A DNA stretch of 64,000 nucleotides from an uncultured Actinomycetes bacterium (GTDB lineage: Bacteria; Actinomycetota; Acidimicrobiia; Acidimicrobiales; RAAP-2): the NCBI GenBank assembly GCA_903900235.1, contig CAIUMH010000133.1, forward strand, positions 4,889-68,888. Direction: 5' to 3'. Both the position numbers and the translations under genes were made by a program. A model generated the notes under the pieces. That model did not search any database, was not told the DNA's origin, and saw only the letters and a list, made by a program, of their open reading frames with translations. Of the stretch, positions 1 through 7,949 are shown piece by piece. Positions within the stretch are counted from its first letter, which is position 1; every line of letters begins with the position of its first letter.

Positions 1-819
1 CGGCTGTCCGCCAAAGGTCGATCCGTGATCGCCTGGCTCGAACGCAGCAGCCACCTCGTCTCGTGCCCAACAGGCACCGACCGGGAATCCATTCCCGAGG
101 GCCTTCGCCATCGTGACGACATCGGGCACCACGCCTTCATCTTGAAAGGAGAACCAATCACCGGTGCGGCCCATGCCGGTCTGGACCTCATCGAAAATCA
201 GCAGAGCATGGTGCTCTCGACACGCCGCTGCGACCTCGGGCAGGAACCCCGGTTGCGGCACCCGGATCCCTCCCTCTGCTTGGATTCCTTCAAGGATCAC
301 GGCAGCGAACTCACCAGTTGCCAGCAAATCGGCCACCGCCGCCGCATCATCGAGCGCTACATGGACGAAGCGCTCGGGCATTGGCAAAAATGCCGCCTGC
401 TTCTCTGATTGACCAGTGGCCGCCAGGGTCGCCAGGGTCCGACCATGGAAGGCGTCAGTCAGAGCGATCACAGCGAAGCGATCACCCGCCCACCGCCGAG
501 CAAGCTTGATGGCGCACTCGTTGGCCTCCGCACCGGAGTTGCAGAAGAACACCTTGCCGTGATGACCGGTGGCGTCCTCAAGGAGCCCGGCCAGCAGGTT
601 CGCTACCTCAGGACCCTGCTCGTTGGCGAAAAGGTTCGACACGTGCGTCAACGTCGCTGCCTGTGCTGCGATGGCCTGCGTCACCTCCGCACGGGCATGC
701 CCGAGTGACGTCACCGCGAGGCCCGAGAGGAAGTCGAGGTAGACCTTGCCCTCCGAGTCGACCAGCTCGGTACCCGATCCCGAGACGAAGGTAACCGGAG
801 TGGGGCCGTAGGTGGTCAT
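1..819 (-). CDS. argD: acetylornithine aminotransferase, 5' part (runs off left edge)
   Basis: My minus-strand translation from ATG 819 gives MTTYGPTPVTFVSGSG...FCNSGAEANE...IFDEVQTGMGRTG...GSTFGGQP, which are class-III PLP aminotransferase motifs. It is absent from the ORF track because it has no stop in the window. It follows argB; an in-frame GTG at 840 overlapping the argB stop is an alternative start. Confidence 0.85.
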   Translation of the reverse strand, partial: MTTYGPTPVTFVSGSGTELVDSEGKVYLDFLSGLAVTSLGHARAEVTQAIAAQAATLTHVSNLFANEQGPEVANLLAGLLEDATGHHGKVFFCNSGAEANECAIKLARRWAGDRFAVIALTDAFHGRTLATLAATGQSEKQAAFLPMPERFVHVALDDAAAVADLLATGEFAAVILEGIQAEGGIRVPQPGFLPEVAAACREHHALLIFDEVQTGMGRTGDWFSFQDEGVVPDVVTMAKALGNGFPVGACWARDEVAAAFEPGDHGSTFGGQP

Positions 820-836
820 GATGTCGGTCGACGAGG

Positions 837-1709
837 TCACTGCATCACCATCGTTCCGACACCACCATCAGTGAACAACTCGACGAGCAGCGCATGCGGT
901 ACTCGACCATCGAGGATGTGAGCCCGCTCGACTCCTCCCCTGATCGCCAACGCACAGGCTTCAACCTTGGGCACCATGCCCCCCACCGCCGTGCCATCGG
1001 CGACCATGACATCGAGCTCGTCGGCGCTGACCTGAGTCAACACGGACTCTGGGTCCGAAGGGACTGCCCGCAGGCCAGCAACATCCGTCAGGAACACCAG
1101 CTTCGCCGCACCGAGGGCTGCGGCGATCGCTCCTGCCACGGTGTCGGCATTGATGTTGTAGGACTGCCCGGCTGCATCAGATCCAATGGTGGCGATGACG
1201 GGGACGAGACCCTGGGAGATCAGCCGCTCGACGATGGTCGGATCCACCGACGTCACATCACCAACAAAGCCAAGCGCCTCTGAGCGGACGTCGGCTCGGA
1301 TCAGGTTGGCGTCGACCCCTGAGAGGCCCACCGCCAGGGATCCATGGACGTTGATCGACGCCACGATGTCGCTGTTGACCTTGCCGACGAGCACCATCCG
1401 TGCCACGTCGAGGGTCTCAGCATCAGTGACACGCAGTCCGTCGCGGAACTCCGACGTGATGCCCATCTTCTTGAGCAGCTCGCCAATCTGCGGCCCACCG
1501 CCGTGTACAACGACGGGCTTGAGCCCGACGGCCTGCAACAACACGATGTCCTCAGCGAACGTTGCGAGCGCCTCGGCTTCGTTCGATCCAGCCAACGCGT
1601 TCCCGCCGTACTTCACCACGACGACCGCTCCGGCGAACCTGCGGATATAGGGCAGCGCTTCGATCAACAGCGCCGCTGCGTCGGCGGGATCCCGTCTGAC
1701 CCCGCTCAC
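837..1709 (-). CDS. argB: acetylglutamate kinase
   Basis: 290 aa ORF with VVVKYGGNAL...VVHGGGPQI and amino-acid kinase fold motifs. It lies in the argCJBD order. Confidence 0.9.
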   Translation of the reverse strand: MSGVRRDPADAAALLIEALPYIRRFAGAVVVVKYGGNALAGSNEAEALATFAEDIVLLQAVGLKPVVVHGGGPQIGELLKKMGITSEFRDGLRVTDAETLDVARMVLVGKVNSDIVASINVHGSLAVGLSGVDANLIRADVRSEALGFVGDVTSVDPTIVERLISQGLVPVIATIGSDAAGQSYNINADTVAGAIAAALGAAKLVFLTDVAGLRAVPSDPESVLTQVSADELDVMVADGTAVGGMVPKVEACALAIRGGVERAHILDGRVPHALLVELFTDGGVGTMVMQ

Positions 1710-2869
1710 GATGTGGTCCGATTCTCGTCGATGTAGCCGTATCCGAGGTCAGTGGTCAGGATCGAGGCCGATCCATCGCCGAGGCCTAGGTCGATCGAGA
1801 TCAGATTCCACCGCTCGGCCAGGTGGGCGGCGACCGCCGGAACATCATGAGTGATCCCGATTCCGCCGGCCGAAACGACGATCCCTCCATAGGAGATAGT
1901 CGTCAATGCAGGGTCCATGTCGATCCCCGCCGTGCCGATATCACTCAGGATCCTTCCCCAGTAGGGATCCTCCCCATTCAGTGAGCACTTCACCAACTGA
2001 GACGTGGCCACCTTGCGAGCACCTCGATGCGCATCCGGATCCGTTCGGGCGCCGGTGACGGTGATCCGAACGGCCTTGGTCGCCCCCTCTGCGTCGACAA
2101 CCATGTCCTGGGCTAATTTCATGCAGGCTTCGGTGAGCAAATCGGTAACGAGCTGTTCAGGGCAGGCAGGCCCGAGCCCGCTGGCGAGCACGATCACCGT
2201 GTCGTTCGTCGAGGTCGCACCATCGACGTCCATAGAGTTGAACGAGGGGCCAACCGCCGAGCGAAGTGCCCGCTGGAGGACATCGGCCTCAATCGTGGCA
2301 TCGATCGTGAGCAGGCAGAGCATGGTTGCCATGTCCGGAGCCAGCATGGCGGCCCCCTTGGCCATCCCACCCAACGTGACCCCGTCACGCTCGATCCGAA
2401 CCTCCTTGGCGAACGTGTCGGTGGTCATGATCGCCGTGGCCGCCCGATGGGCCGATGCCTCGTCTTCGCCGAGCGTCTCCGCCAGCGATGCCACGCCGGC
2501 GCGAGCTGACTCGAGTGGGAACGGGATTCCGATCAGACCCGTCTGACAGATAAGGACCTCGCTCGGATCGCACCCGATCGATTCCGCCACCTCTCCACAG
2601 AGCGCAGCGCATGCCGACAGCCCTTCGGCCCCAGTGGCCGCATTGGCGTTCCCCGACGTAAGCAGGACGGCCCGAACCCGCGATCCCGCCTCGGCGAGAT
2701 GCGCCCGACTCATCTGGACCGGGGCCGCCGGCACCTTGTTCTGCGTGAATACCGCCGCAGCAACGGCGGGAGTCGCCGCCACGATGAGCGCTGCGTCAGG
2801 TACCCCTGACGCCTTGATGCCGACGGAGGCACCGGTGGCCGAGAACCCTGCTGGTGACGTGACACTCAT
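1706..2869 (-). CDS. argJ: bifunctional ornithine acetyltransferase / N-acetylglutamate synthase
   Basis: The ORF-track start (3052) overlaps argC. The internal ATG at 2869 gives MSVTSPAGF... and an ATGA overlap with the argC stop. An ATMLCLLT autoprocessing-type motif is present. Confidence 0.9.
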   Translation of the reverse strand: MSVTSPAGFSATGASVGIKASGVPDAALIVAATPAVAAAVFTQNKVPAAPVQMSRAHLAEAGSRVRAVLLTSGNANAATGAEGLSACAALCGEVAESIGCDPSEVLICQTGLIGIPFPLESARAGVASLAETLGEDEASAHRAATAIMTTDTFAKEVRIERDGVTLGGMAKGAAMLAPDMATMLCLLTIDATIEADVLQRALRSAVGPSFNSMDVDGATSTNDTVIVLASGLGPACPEQLVTDLLTEACMKLAQDMVVDAEGATKAVRITVTGARTDPDAHRGARKVATSQLVKCSLNGEDPYWGRILSDIGTAGIDMDPALTTISYGGIVVSAGGIGITHDVPAVAAHLAERWNLISIDLGLGDGSASILTTDLGYGYIDENRTTS

Positions 2870-3876
2870 GGATACACCCCTGCGATTGAGAGGCCAGAGA
2901 CCTCGGGAAGACCAAGTGCGACATTGGCGCATTGCACTGCCTGGCCAGCCGCCCCCTTGCCAAGGTTGTCGATGGCACTCAGCACGATCAACCGACCAGT
3001 CCGCTCGTCGACCCGGGCAGTGATGAAGCAACTGTTGGATCCTGACGCCCACTTCGTCGAGGGCGGCTCTGCCACCACGTGGACGAATGGCTCCTCGTCA
3101 TAAGCATTGTGGAGAAGCTCGAGTGCCCCCTCTGACGTCAGTCCACCGAGCGGCCTCGCATAGGAGGTCGCCAACATGCCTCGCACCATCGGAGCGAGAT
3201 GGGGGGTGAAGAGAACCTCGTGGCCGAGGATCATCTCAATCTCCGCGGTGTGTCGGTGGGTGAGCAATCCATAGGCGCTCACGTCCTCGTCGAGGTTTGA
3301 AAAGTGCAACCGCTCGGAAATCGCCCGGCCAGCACCCGAGACACCGCTGATGGCGTCGACGATGATGCTGCCCTCCTCAAGGAGCCCTTCATCAACGAAG
3401 GGGGCCAGCGCAAGGTTGGCCGCCGTCGGGTAGCAGCCCGGGACGGCGACAAGGCGTGCGCCCACCAGCGAGGTCCGATTCCGCTCGACGAGACCATAGG
3501 TCGCCGCCGCACAGAGCTCCGGAGCCGCATGGACCTCGCCGTACCACCGCTCATAGTCCTCGGGGGTGAGACGGAAGTCTGCTCCGAGGTCAACAACGGT
3601 GGTCTGGTCGTCCATGAGGCCGGGGACAATTTCCTGAGAAGCCCCATGGGGTAGCGCCAAGAAGACCACGTCGAGTCCACTCAGAGACTCGGCCGTCGTC
3701 GGGGCGTAGACCATGTCGCCAACAACGCCTGTCAGCGACGGTGTATGTGCGGCAATTGCACTTCCTTCGTTGCGCTGACCCGTTGCCACGACCACCTCAA
3801 AGGCGGGATGCATCGACAAGATCCGTATCAGTTCCGTACCCGCATAGCCGGATGCCCCGGCGACCCCAACCTTCAT
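2866..3876 (-). CDS. argC: N-acetyl-gamma-glutamyl-phosphate reductase
   Basis: MKVGVAGASGYAG... Rossmann N-terminus and a PGCYPTA active-site Cys motif. The start at 3876 is preferred over 3894 because a TAGAAT -10 lies 7 nt upstream (leaderless pattern). Confidence 0.9.
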   Translation of the reverse strand: MKVGVAGASGYAGTELIRILSMHPAFEVVVATGQRNEGSAIAAHTPSLTGVVGDMVYAPTTAESLSGLDVVFLALPHGASQEIVPGLMDDQTTVVDLGADFRLTPEDYERWYGEVHAAPELCAAATYGLVERNRTSLVGARLVAVPGCYPTAANLALAPFVDEGLLEEGSIIVDAISGVSGAGRAISERLHFSNLDEDVSAYGLLTHRHTAEIEMILGHEVLFTPHLAPMVRGMLATSYARPLGGLTSEGALELLHNAYDEEPFVHVVAEPPSTKWASGSNSCFITARVDERTGRLIVLSAIDNLGKGAAGQAVQCANVALGLPEVSGLSIAGVYP

Positions 3877-3878
3877 AA

Positions 3879-3914
3879 CCGCAATTCTATACATTCCACC
3901 GCAAGTTTATGCAA
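3879..3914 (-). promoter_or_regulatory. argC promoter (-10 TAGAAT at 3884-3889) overlapped by two tandem ARG-box-like repeats
   Basis: Minus strand reads TTGCATAAACTTGCGG (3914-3899), then tgga, then ATGTATAGAATTGCGG (3894-3879). The two 16-mers match at 12 of 16 positions with a 20-nt period and are AT-rich, TGCAT-type as in actinobacterial ArgR operators. argR itself is not in the window. Confidence 0.4.
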
Positions 3915-4002
3915 CATCCCTCGCCGAGCCATGCGTTCATCGGACGTGATTCCCCTATGGTGCGGAGTGAACGCTGCCCCTGTGATCCTTGTACCCTGCG
4001 GA

Positions 4003-4148
4003 CGAGGATGGTGCCGCTGGGCAGTGTTGTCCCGGAGGAATGGGAAAGAGACCACTGTCGATGACACCTGAGGTGCGAGAGCTCCCCTCGACAGGGACGG
4101 GGCTGGGACTGAGACCGCGAGGGGCATCACGACCTCCCACCATCCTCG
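4003..4148 (+). ncRNA. candidate structured RNA, unclassified
   Basis: An 11-bp perfect closing helix pairs CGAGGATGGTG (4003-4013) with CACCATCCTCG (4138-4148), and GGAGG 4034-4038 pairs with CCTCC 4133-4137. The internal hairpin CTGTCGA 4055-4061 / TCGACAG 4088-4094 encloses CACC-TGA-GGTG. A TACCCT -10-like hexamer at 3992-3997 would place a TSS at the helix start. Strand and function are uncertain. Confidence 0.25.
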
Positions 4149-4563
4149 GTTTCACCCCCATGAGAACCTCGAGGCACGGTGCCGTGCCAATACCAATGAG
4201 ATCGCGTTCTCGATCATTCGGCCGAAGGGCCGTTCACTCGAAATGACTCTTCGCGCGAGTGGCCAGGTGCGTATTGCCGTTTTAGTGATGTCTTCTGATG
4301 GACCAGGGCTCGAAGTCGCCTCAACGCAGCACATGCTCCACCTGATGATCGATGGCGGTGCCATGTCATGCGAAGGCGAGGCTCGGCCGGCCGGATCCGA
4401 TCCTCAAGCATCCTTCGGTGTCGACATGGTCGAACTCGCCGCTGTCGCCTGAGCATTCTTGCACCTCGATGATGCCATTTTCCCTGCCGTCGAGATCCGT
4501 CCCGGCTCGACGGGCCCGGGGACCGATGGTCGTGCCAGTCGACCCGAGGAGGCTCACGATCCG

Positions 4564-5433
4564 ATGACTCGACGAGGTTGGGTCATGTTTGCCAGTTTGT
4601 GCGTCATGTGGGGTCTGCCCTACATGCTCATCAAGATTGCCCTCCAAGACCTCGAACCAGCCGCAATCGTTTTTCTTCGTTGCGGCCTCGCTGCCGTCAT
4701 TCTGCTCCCCTGGGCGGCGATCACTGGTCGCCTAGCCGCACTCCGAGGTCATCTGCGATGGGTGGGACTATTCGCCATCTGCGAGATCGGCATCCCCTGG
4801 ATGCTGACCGGCCTCGCCGAGCAGCATCTTTCGAGCTCGTTCACCGCGCTCTTGATCGCCGGTGTGCCACTGCTCACTGCCCTCATCTATCGGTTCACTC
4901 ACCTCAAGGAGCATCTCGGGATCCGGCGATCGCTTGGTCTTGGGCTCGGCAGTCTTGGGGTCGGACTCCTCGTCGGCTTCAGCCTCAGCGGATCAACCGG
5001 TCCGGCGATCGCCATGATGGCCGCCGTGATCCTCGGATACACCTTGGGACCCCTGATCATCGCCAGCAAGCTGTCAGACCTCCCTGGCGGTGCGGTGGTC
5101 GCTGTCTCGGTCGGCTTGGTGGCCGTGCTCTACGCACCGTGGGGCATCGCTCAGTTCCCCCACCACGTCACTGCCAGCGCCACATGGGCCATCGGGATGC
5201 TTGCGATCGTGTGCACAGCCGGGGCATTCCTGACGTTCTTCGCCTTGGTGGTGGAAATCGGTGCCCCAAGGGCGACCGTCGTCACCTACATCAACCCTGC
5301 GGTCGCTCTGCTCCTTGGCGTGGTTTTGCTGTCCGAAGCCGTGACCCCATCCATGCTCCTCGGGTTCCCATTCGTGATCGCTGGAAGCATCCTTGCCACA
5401 GGCAAGCCAGTGCCGACGGTGGAAATACGCTGA
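4564..5433 (+). CDS. DMT (EamA-like) family transporter
   Basis: MTRRGWVMFASLCVMWGLPYMLIK... is a polytopic protein with two EamA-like halves. SD GAGGAGG lies at 4546-4552. The ORF-track start 4459 adds an implausible hydrophilic extension. Confidence 0.8.
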   Translation: MTRRGWVMFASLCVMWGLPYMLIKIALQDLEPAAIVFLRCGLAAVILLPWAAITGRLAALRGHLRWVGLFAICEIGIPWMLTGLAEQHLSSSFTALLIAGVPLLTALIYRFTHLKEHLGIRRSLGLGLGSLGVGLLVGFSLSGSTGPAIAMMAAVILGYTLGPLIIASKLSDLPGGAVVAVSVGLVAVLYAPWGIAQFPHHVTASATWAIGMLAIVCTAGAFLTFFALVVEIGAPRATVVTYINPAVALLLGVVLLSEAVTPSMLLGFPFVIAGSILATGKPVPTVEIR

Positions 5434-5454
5434 GCGATCAGCGATCAGCGATCA
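5434..5454. repeat. perfect heptamer tandem repeat (GCGATCA) x3
   Basis: The sequence gcgatca gcgatca gcgatca lies directly between the transporter stop (5431-5433) and the pheT stop (5452-5454). Confidence 0.9.
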
Positions 5455-7941
5455 GCGAAGTATGGCGCCGATAGCTGCGCCGGAGTCGATCATCGACTGG
5501 CGCACTGTCGCCAACTCCGCCTCGCTCAGCGTCCGATCGTCAGCCACCAGCCGGCAGCGCACCGCCAGACTCCGGGAGCCTTGTTCCACGCCTGGACCCC
5601 GGTACACGTCGAACAATCGAATGGCCTCGAGCAGGTCGCCTGCCCCAGCACCGACAGCGTCAAGAAGGGCCTCAACGCTCAACTCATCGGCAGCCACAAA
5701 TGCGAGGTCAAGGTCCGACGAAGGGAATCGGCTCACCGATGTCGCCTCCAAGGGCCGACGCTGCACCTTGGTCGAATCGCGTAGGACGTCGAGGTCTATC
5801 TCGACTGACGCGATGCGACGGTCCTTAGCGCTCGGGGCGATCTGTTCGACGAGTCGGGGGTCGACTTCACCCACCGCTCCGACCACGCATGACGTGGCCT
5901 TATCAATGAGCAGGGCAGACCGAGTGGGATGGAGTCCGGCTTGCATGTCGCCGACCTCCGTGCTTGACGCCACGATCACCCGAGCGAGGCCGAGACCATC
6001 AGCGAGCTGCTGCGCCACCGCCACTGCAGTGCGAGCATCGACCTCGTCAGTGGCGAGCAGCAGGTGCAGCCGCTCGGACTCACCGGGGACGATCGCCTCA
6101 TGCCCACCGAGCGCGCCGGCCCGGGTGGAGCGTTGGGGTCCACCGGCCGAGGGGTGGACGAAGATCGCACCGATCTCGAACAGTGCCACACTCTCCTGTC
6201 GGCGCTCAAGGTTCCGCCCAATTGACCGAAGCAGACCAGGCAGCAGTGATCGACGAAGCCGCGACTCTTCAACGGTCAGAGGATTCGTGATGACCACCTC
6301 GTCCTCGGCGAGGCCGATCAGGGCCACCTCGCCCGGAGCAACGAGCGAACTCGTCCAGGCCTCTGAGGCTCCGATTCCCAGCATCACCTCTCGCACAGCG
6401 CCTCGCAATGCCTGGCGCTCGCCAGGTGCGCCCGGCTGCGGCCACGACGGACGCCGCCGAGGCAACGTCGAGTAGCCCGCCGTACGAGCAATCTCCTCGG
6501 TAATGTCAGCCACCCCCGGATCACCCGATCGGATGTCAGGTCGATTGGTTGGCACCAAGACCGTGATCTCGCCCTCAGTGGCCGTCGCCTCGAAGCCGAG
6601 ACGAGCGAGCAGCTCCATGGCTTCGGTTGACGTCAAACTCGTACCGAGCAATCCGTTGACCCGATCGATCGGTACAAGGACCTGACGACGGACCGGGGGC
6701 TCACTCGGGACGACGATGGGGTCGTCGCACAGCCGTACTCGTGAACTCGAAAGGCTGACGAGCTCTGCGAAGCGAATCATCGCTGTCTCGATGATGGCCG
6801 GGTCGGTCCCCTTCGAGAAGCGAGCTGCCGCCTCGGTACGCAGCGCAAGGCGGCGACTGGTGCGGGTGGTGACGATCGGGTCAAACGTTGCCGCCTCAAG
6901 GAGCACGGTCGTGGTGGATCCGTCGATCTCCGAGGTCGCTCCCCCCATGATGCCGGCGATGCCGATCACCGTGTCCTCGGCATCGCAAATCACGCAGTCG
7001 ATACCGGCGTCGTCAAGACCTCGACCGGGGACGCCAAGGGTTCGGAGCACGCCATCGAGCGTCTCGATCGTCTCTCCGCTCGCTGCTCGCCGGACTCGAA
7101 TTCCGGCGTTCGGGATCTTGGCTAGGTCGTAGGGGTGTGTGGGCTGACCGAGCTCGAGCATCACATAGTTGGAGGCGTCGACCACATTGTTGATCGGCCT
7201 CATCCCCGCGAGTGCGAGGCGACGCTGGAGCCATGCCGGAGAGGGTCCCACCTCGACGTCCTCGAGGACGGCCACGCCGAGGCGCGGGCACAGTTCGGGA
7301 TCTAGGACCTTGGCCGATGCCAGCATCGACGTCGGTGTCGACGATCTCGGCATCTCTGCGATCGGAGTGGACCGGAACACCAAGCCCATTCGTCCAGCGA
7401 GGTCACGAGCGATCCCGGAGATACACCAGGCATCTGGCCGGTTTCCCTCGACCGTCACGTCGAAGACAACATCAGGCTCAATGCCCAGGACCGTGGTGAT
7501 CTGCTCACCGGGGGCGGCACCGAACGTCTCGGTCAAGAGCAGCAGTCCAGAGTGATCGTCGCCGAGACCGAGTTCGCTCCCTGAGCACAACATCCCGTTC
7601 GAGGTCACTCCACGCATCTTGCGGGTGGCGATCGAGAAGCCACCCGGCAGGGTTGCACCGACGGGAGCGAGCGGGACCAGGTCTCCGATGGCGAAGTTTG
7701 TCGCACCGCAGACGATCTCAAGCGGCCCAGATCCGGCCTCGACGATCACTCGTCGGACCTTGTCAGCCCCTTCGATCGGCGAGATCTCCTCAATCCGGGC
7801 GACCACCACGTCCTCAAGGCCCTCCCCGACCATCTCGACATCCTCGACCACGAGGCCGAGGTCATCGAGCGTGGCGCGCAACAGCGCCACATCGTCTGGG
7901 AAGTCGGCGAACTCCTTGAGCCATGACAGGGGTGCACGCAT
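5452..7941 (-). CDS. pheT: phenylalanine--tRNA ligase beta subunit
   Basis: 829 aa with MRAPLSWLKEF... and the typical tRNA-binding, B3/4, B5 and FDX-ACB architecture. It is adjacent to pheS. Confidence 0.95.
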   Translation of the reverse strand: MRAPLSWLKEFADFPDDVALLRATLDDLGLVVEDVEMVGEGLEDVVVARIEEISPIEGADKVRRVIVEAGSGPLEIVCGATNFAIGDLVPLAPVGATLPGGFSIATRKMRGVTSNGMLCSGSELGLGDDHSGLLLLTETFGAAPGEQITTVLGIEPDVVFDVTVEGNRPDAWCISGIARDLAGRMGLVFRSTPIAEMPRSSTPTSMLASAKVLDPELCPRLGVAVLEDVEVGPSPAWLQRRLALAGMRPINNVVDASNYVMLELGQPTHPYDLAKIPNAGIRVRRAASGETIETLDGVLRTLGVPGRGLDDAGIDCVICDAEDTVIGIAGIMGGATSEIDGSTTTVLLEAATFDPIVTTRTSRRLALRTEAAARFSKGTDPAIIETAMIRFAELVSLSSSRVRLCDDPIVVPSEPPVRRQVLVPIDRVNGLLGTSLTSTEAMELLARLGFEATATEGEITVLVPTNRPDIRSGDPGVADITEEIARTAGYSTLPRRRPSWPQPGAPGERQALRGAVREVMLGIGASEAWTSSLVAPGEVALIGLAEDEVVITNPLTVEESRLRRSLLPGLLRSIGRNLERRQESVALFEIGAIFVHPSAGGPQRSTRAGALGGHEAIVPGESERLHLLLATDEVDARTAVAVAQQLADGLGLARVIVASSTEVGDMQAGLHPTRSALLIDKATSCVVGAVGEVDPRLVEQIAPSAKDRRIASVEIDLDVLRDSTKVQRRPLEATSVSRFPSSDLDLAFVAADELSVEALLDAVGAGAGDLLEAIRLFDVYRGPGVEQGSRSLAVRCRLVADDRTLSEAELATVRQSMIDSGAAIGAILR

Positions 7942-7949
7942 GATCGCTC

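Noticed and set aside
2870-3052. N-terminal extensions in the ORF track that overlap the upstream gene: argJ to 3052, pheS to 9107, rpmI to 10527, ribH to 13440, def to 17891, gmk to 23144, pyrD to 25218, pyrC to 30942 and efp to 42066.
   Set aside because: Internal starts reproduce the expected family N-termini and give ATGA/GTGA/TGATG junctions or short gaps. The extensions are Arg-rich and overlap conserved C-termini of the preceding genes.
4094-4124. Four G-runs (GGG, GGGG, GGG, GGGG) as a G-quadruplex motif.
   Set aside because: The last loop is 13 nt, and such G-runs are frequent in GC-rich DNA. It is mentioned only as part of the candidate RNA and not as an independent feature.
4243-4452. 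Short ORFs inside the spacer (for example 69 aa at 4243-4452, 85 aa at 3989-4246 and 80 aa at 4214-4456 on the minus strand), considered as possible small genes or toxin-antitoxin pairs.
   Set aside because: Third-position G/C is clearly lower than in the neighbouring genes. There is no SD and no TANNNT-N6 start signal. The ORFs overlap one another on both strands and carry no recognisable motifs.
3915-4563. Known RNA classes in the long spacer: RNase P RNA, tmRNA, and cobalamin, TPP, FMN, guanidine-III and fluoride riboswitches.
   Set aside because: Only fragments are present: CCACTGT, CTGAGA and GGACGAGG.

The defining cores are absent on both strands as far as I can read:
- GAGGAAAGUCC (RNase P)
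- a tRNA-like ...CCACCA end (tmRNA)
- GGUG..AAUCC plus GCCACUG (cobalamin)
- the ACCUGAUCUGGAUAAUGCCAGCG arm (TPP)
- GGGUGAAA.UCCC and CCGACGGU..AGUCCGGAUG (FMN)

A covariance-model scan is still needed.
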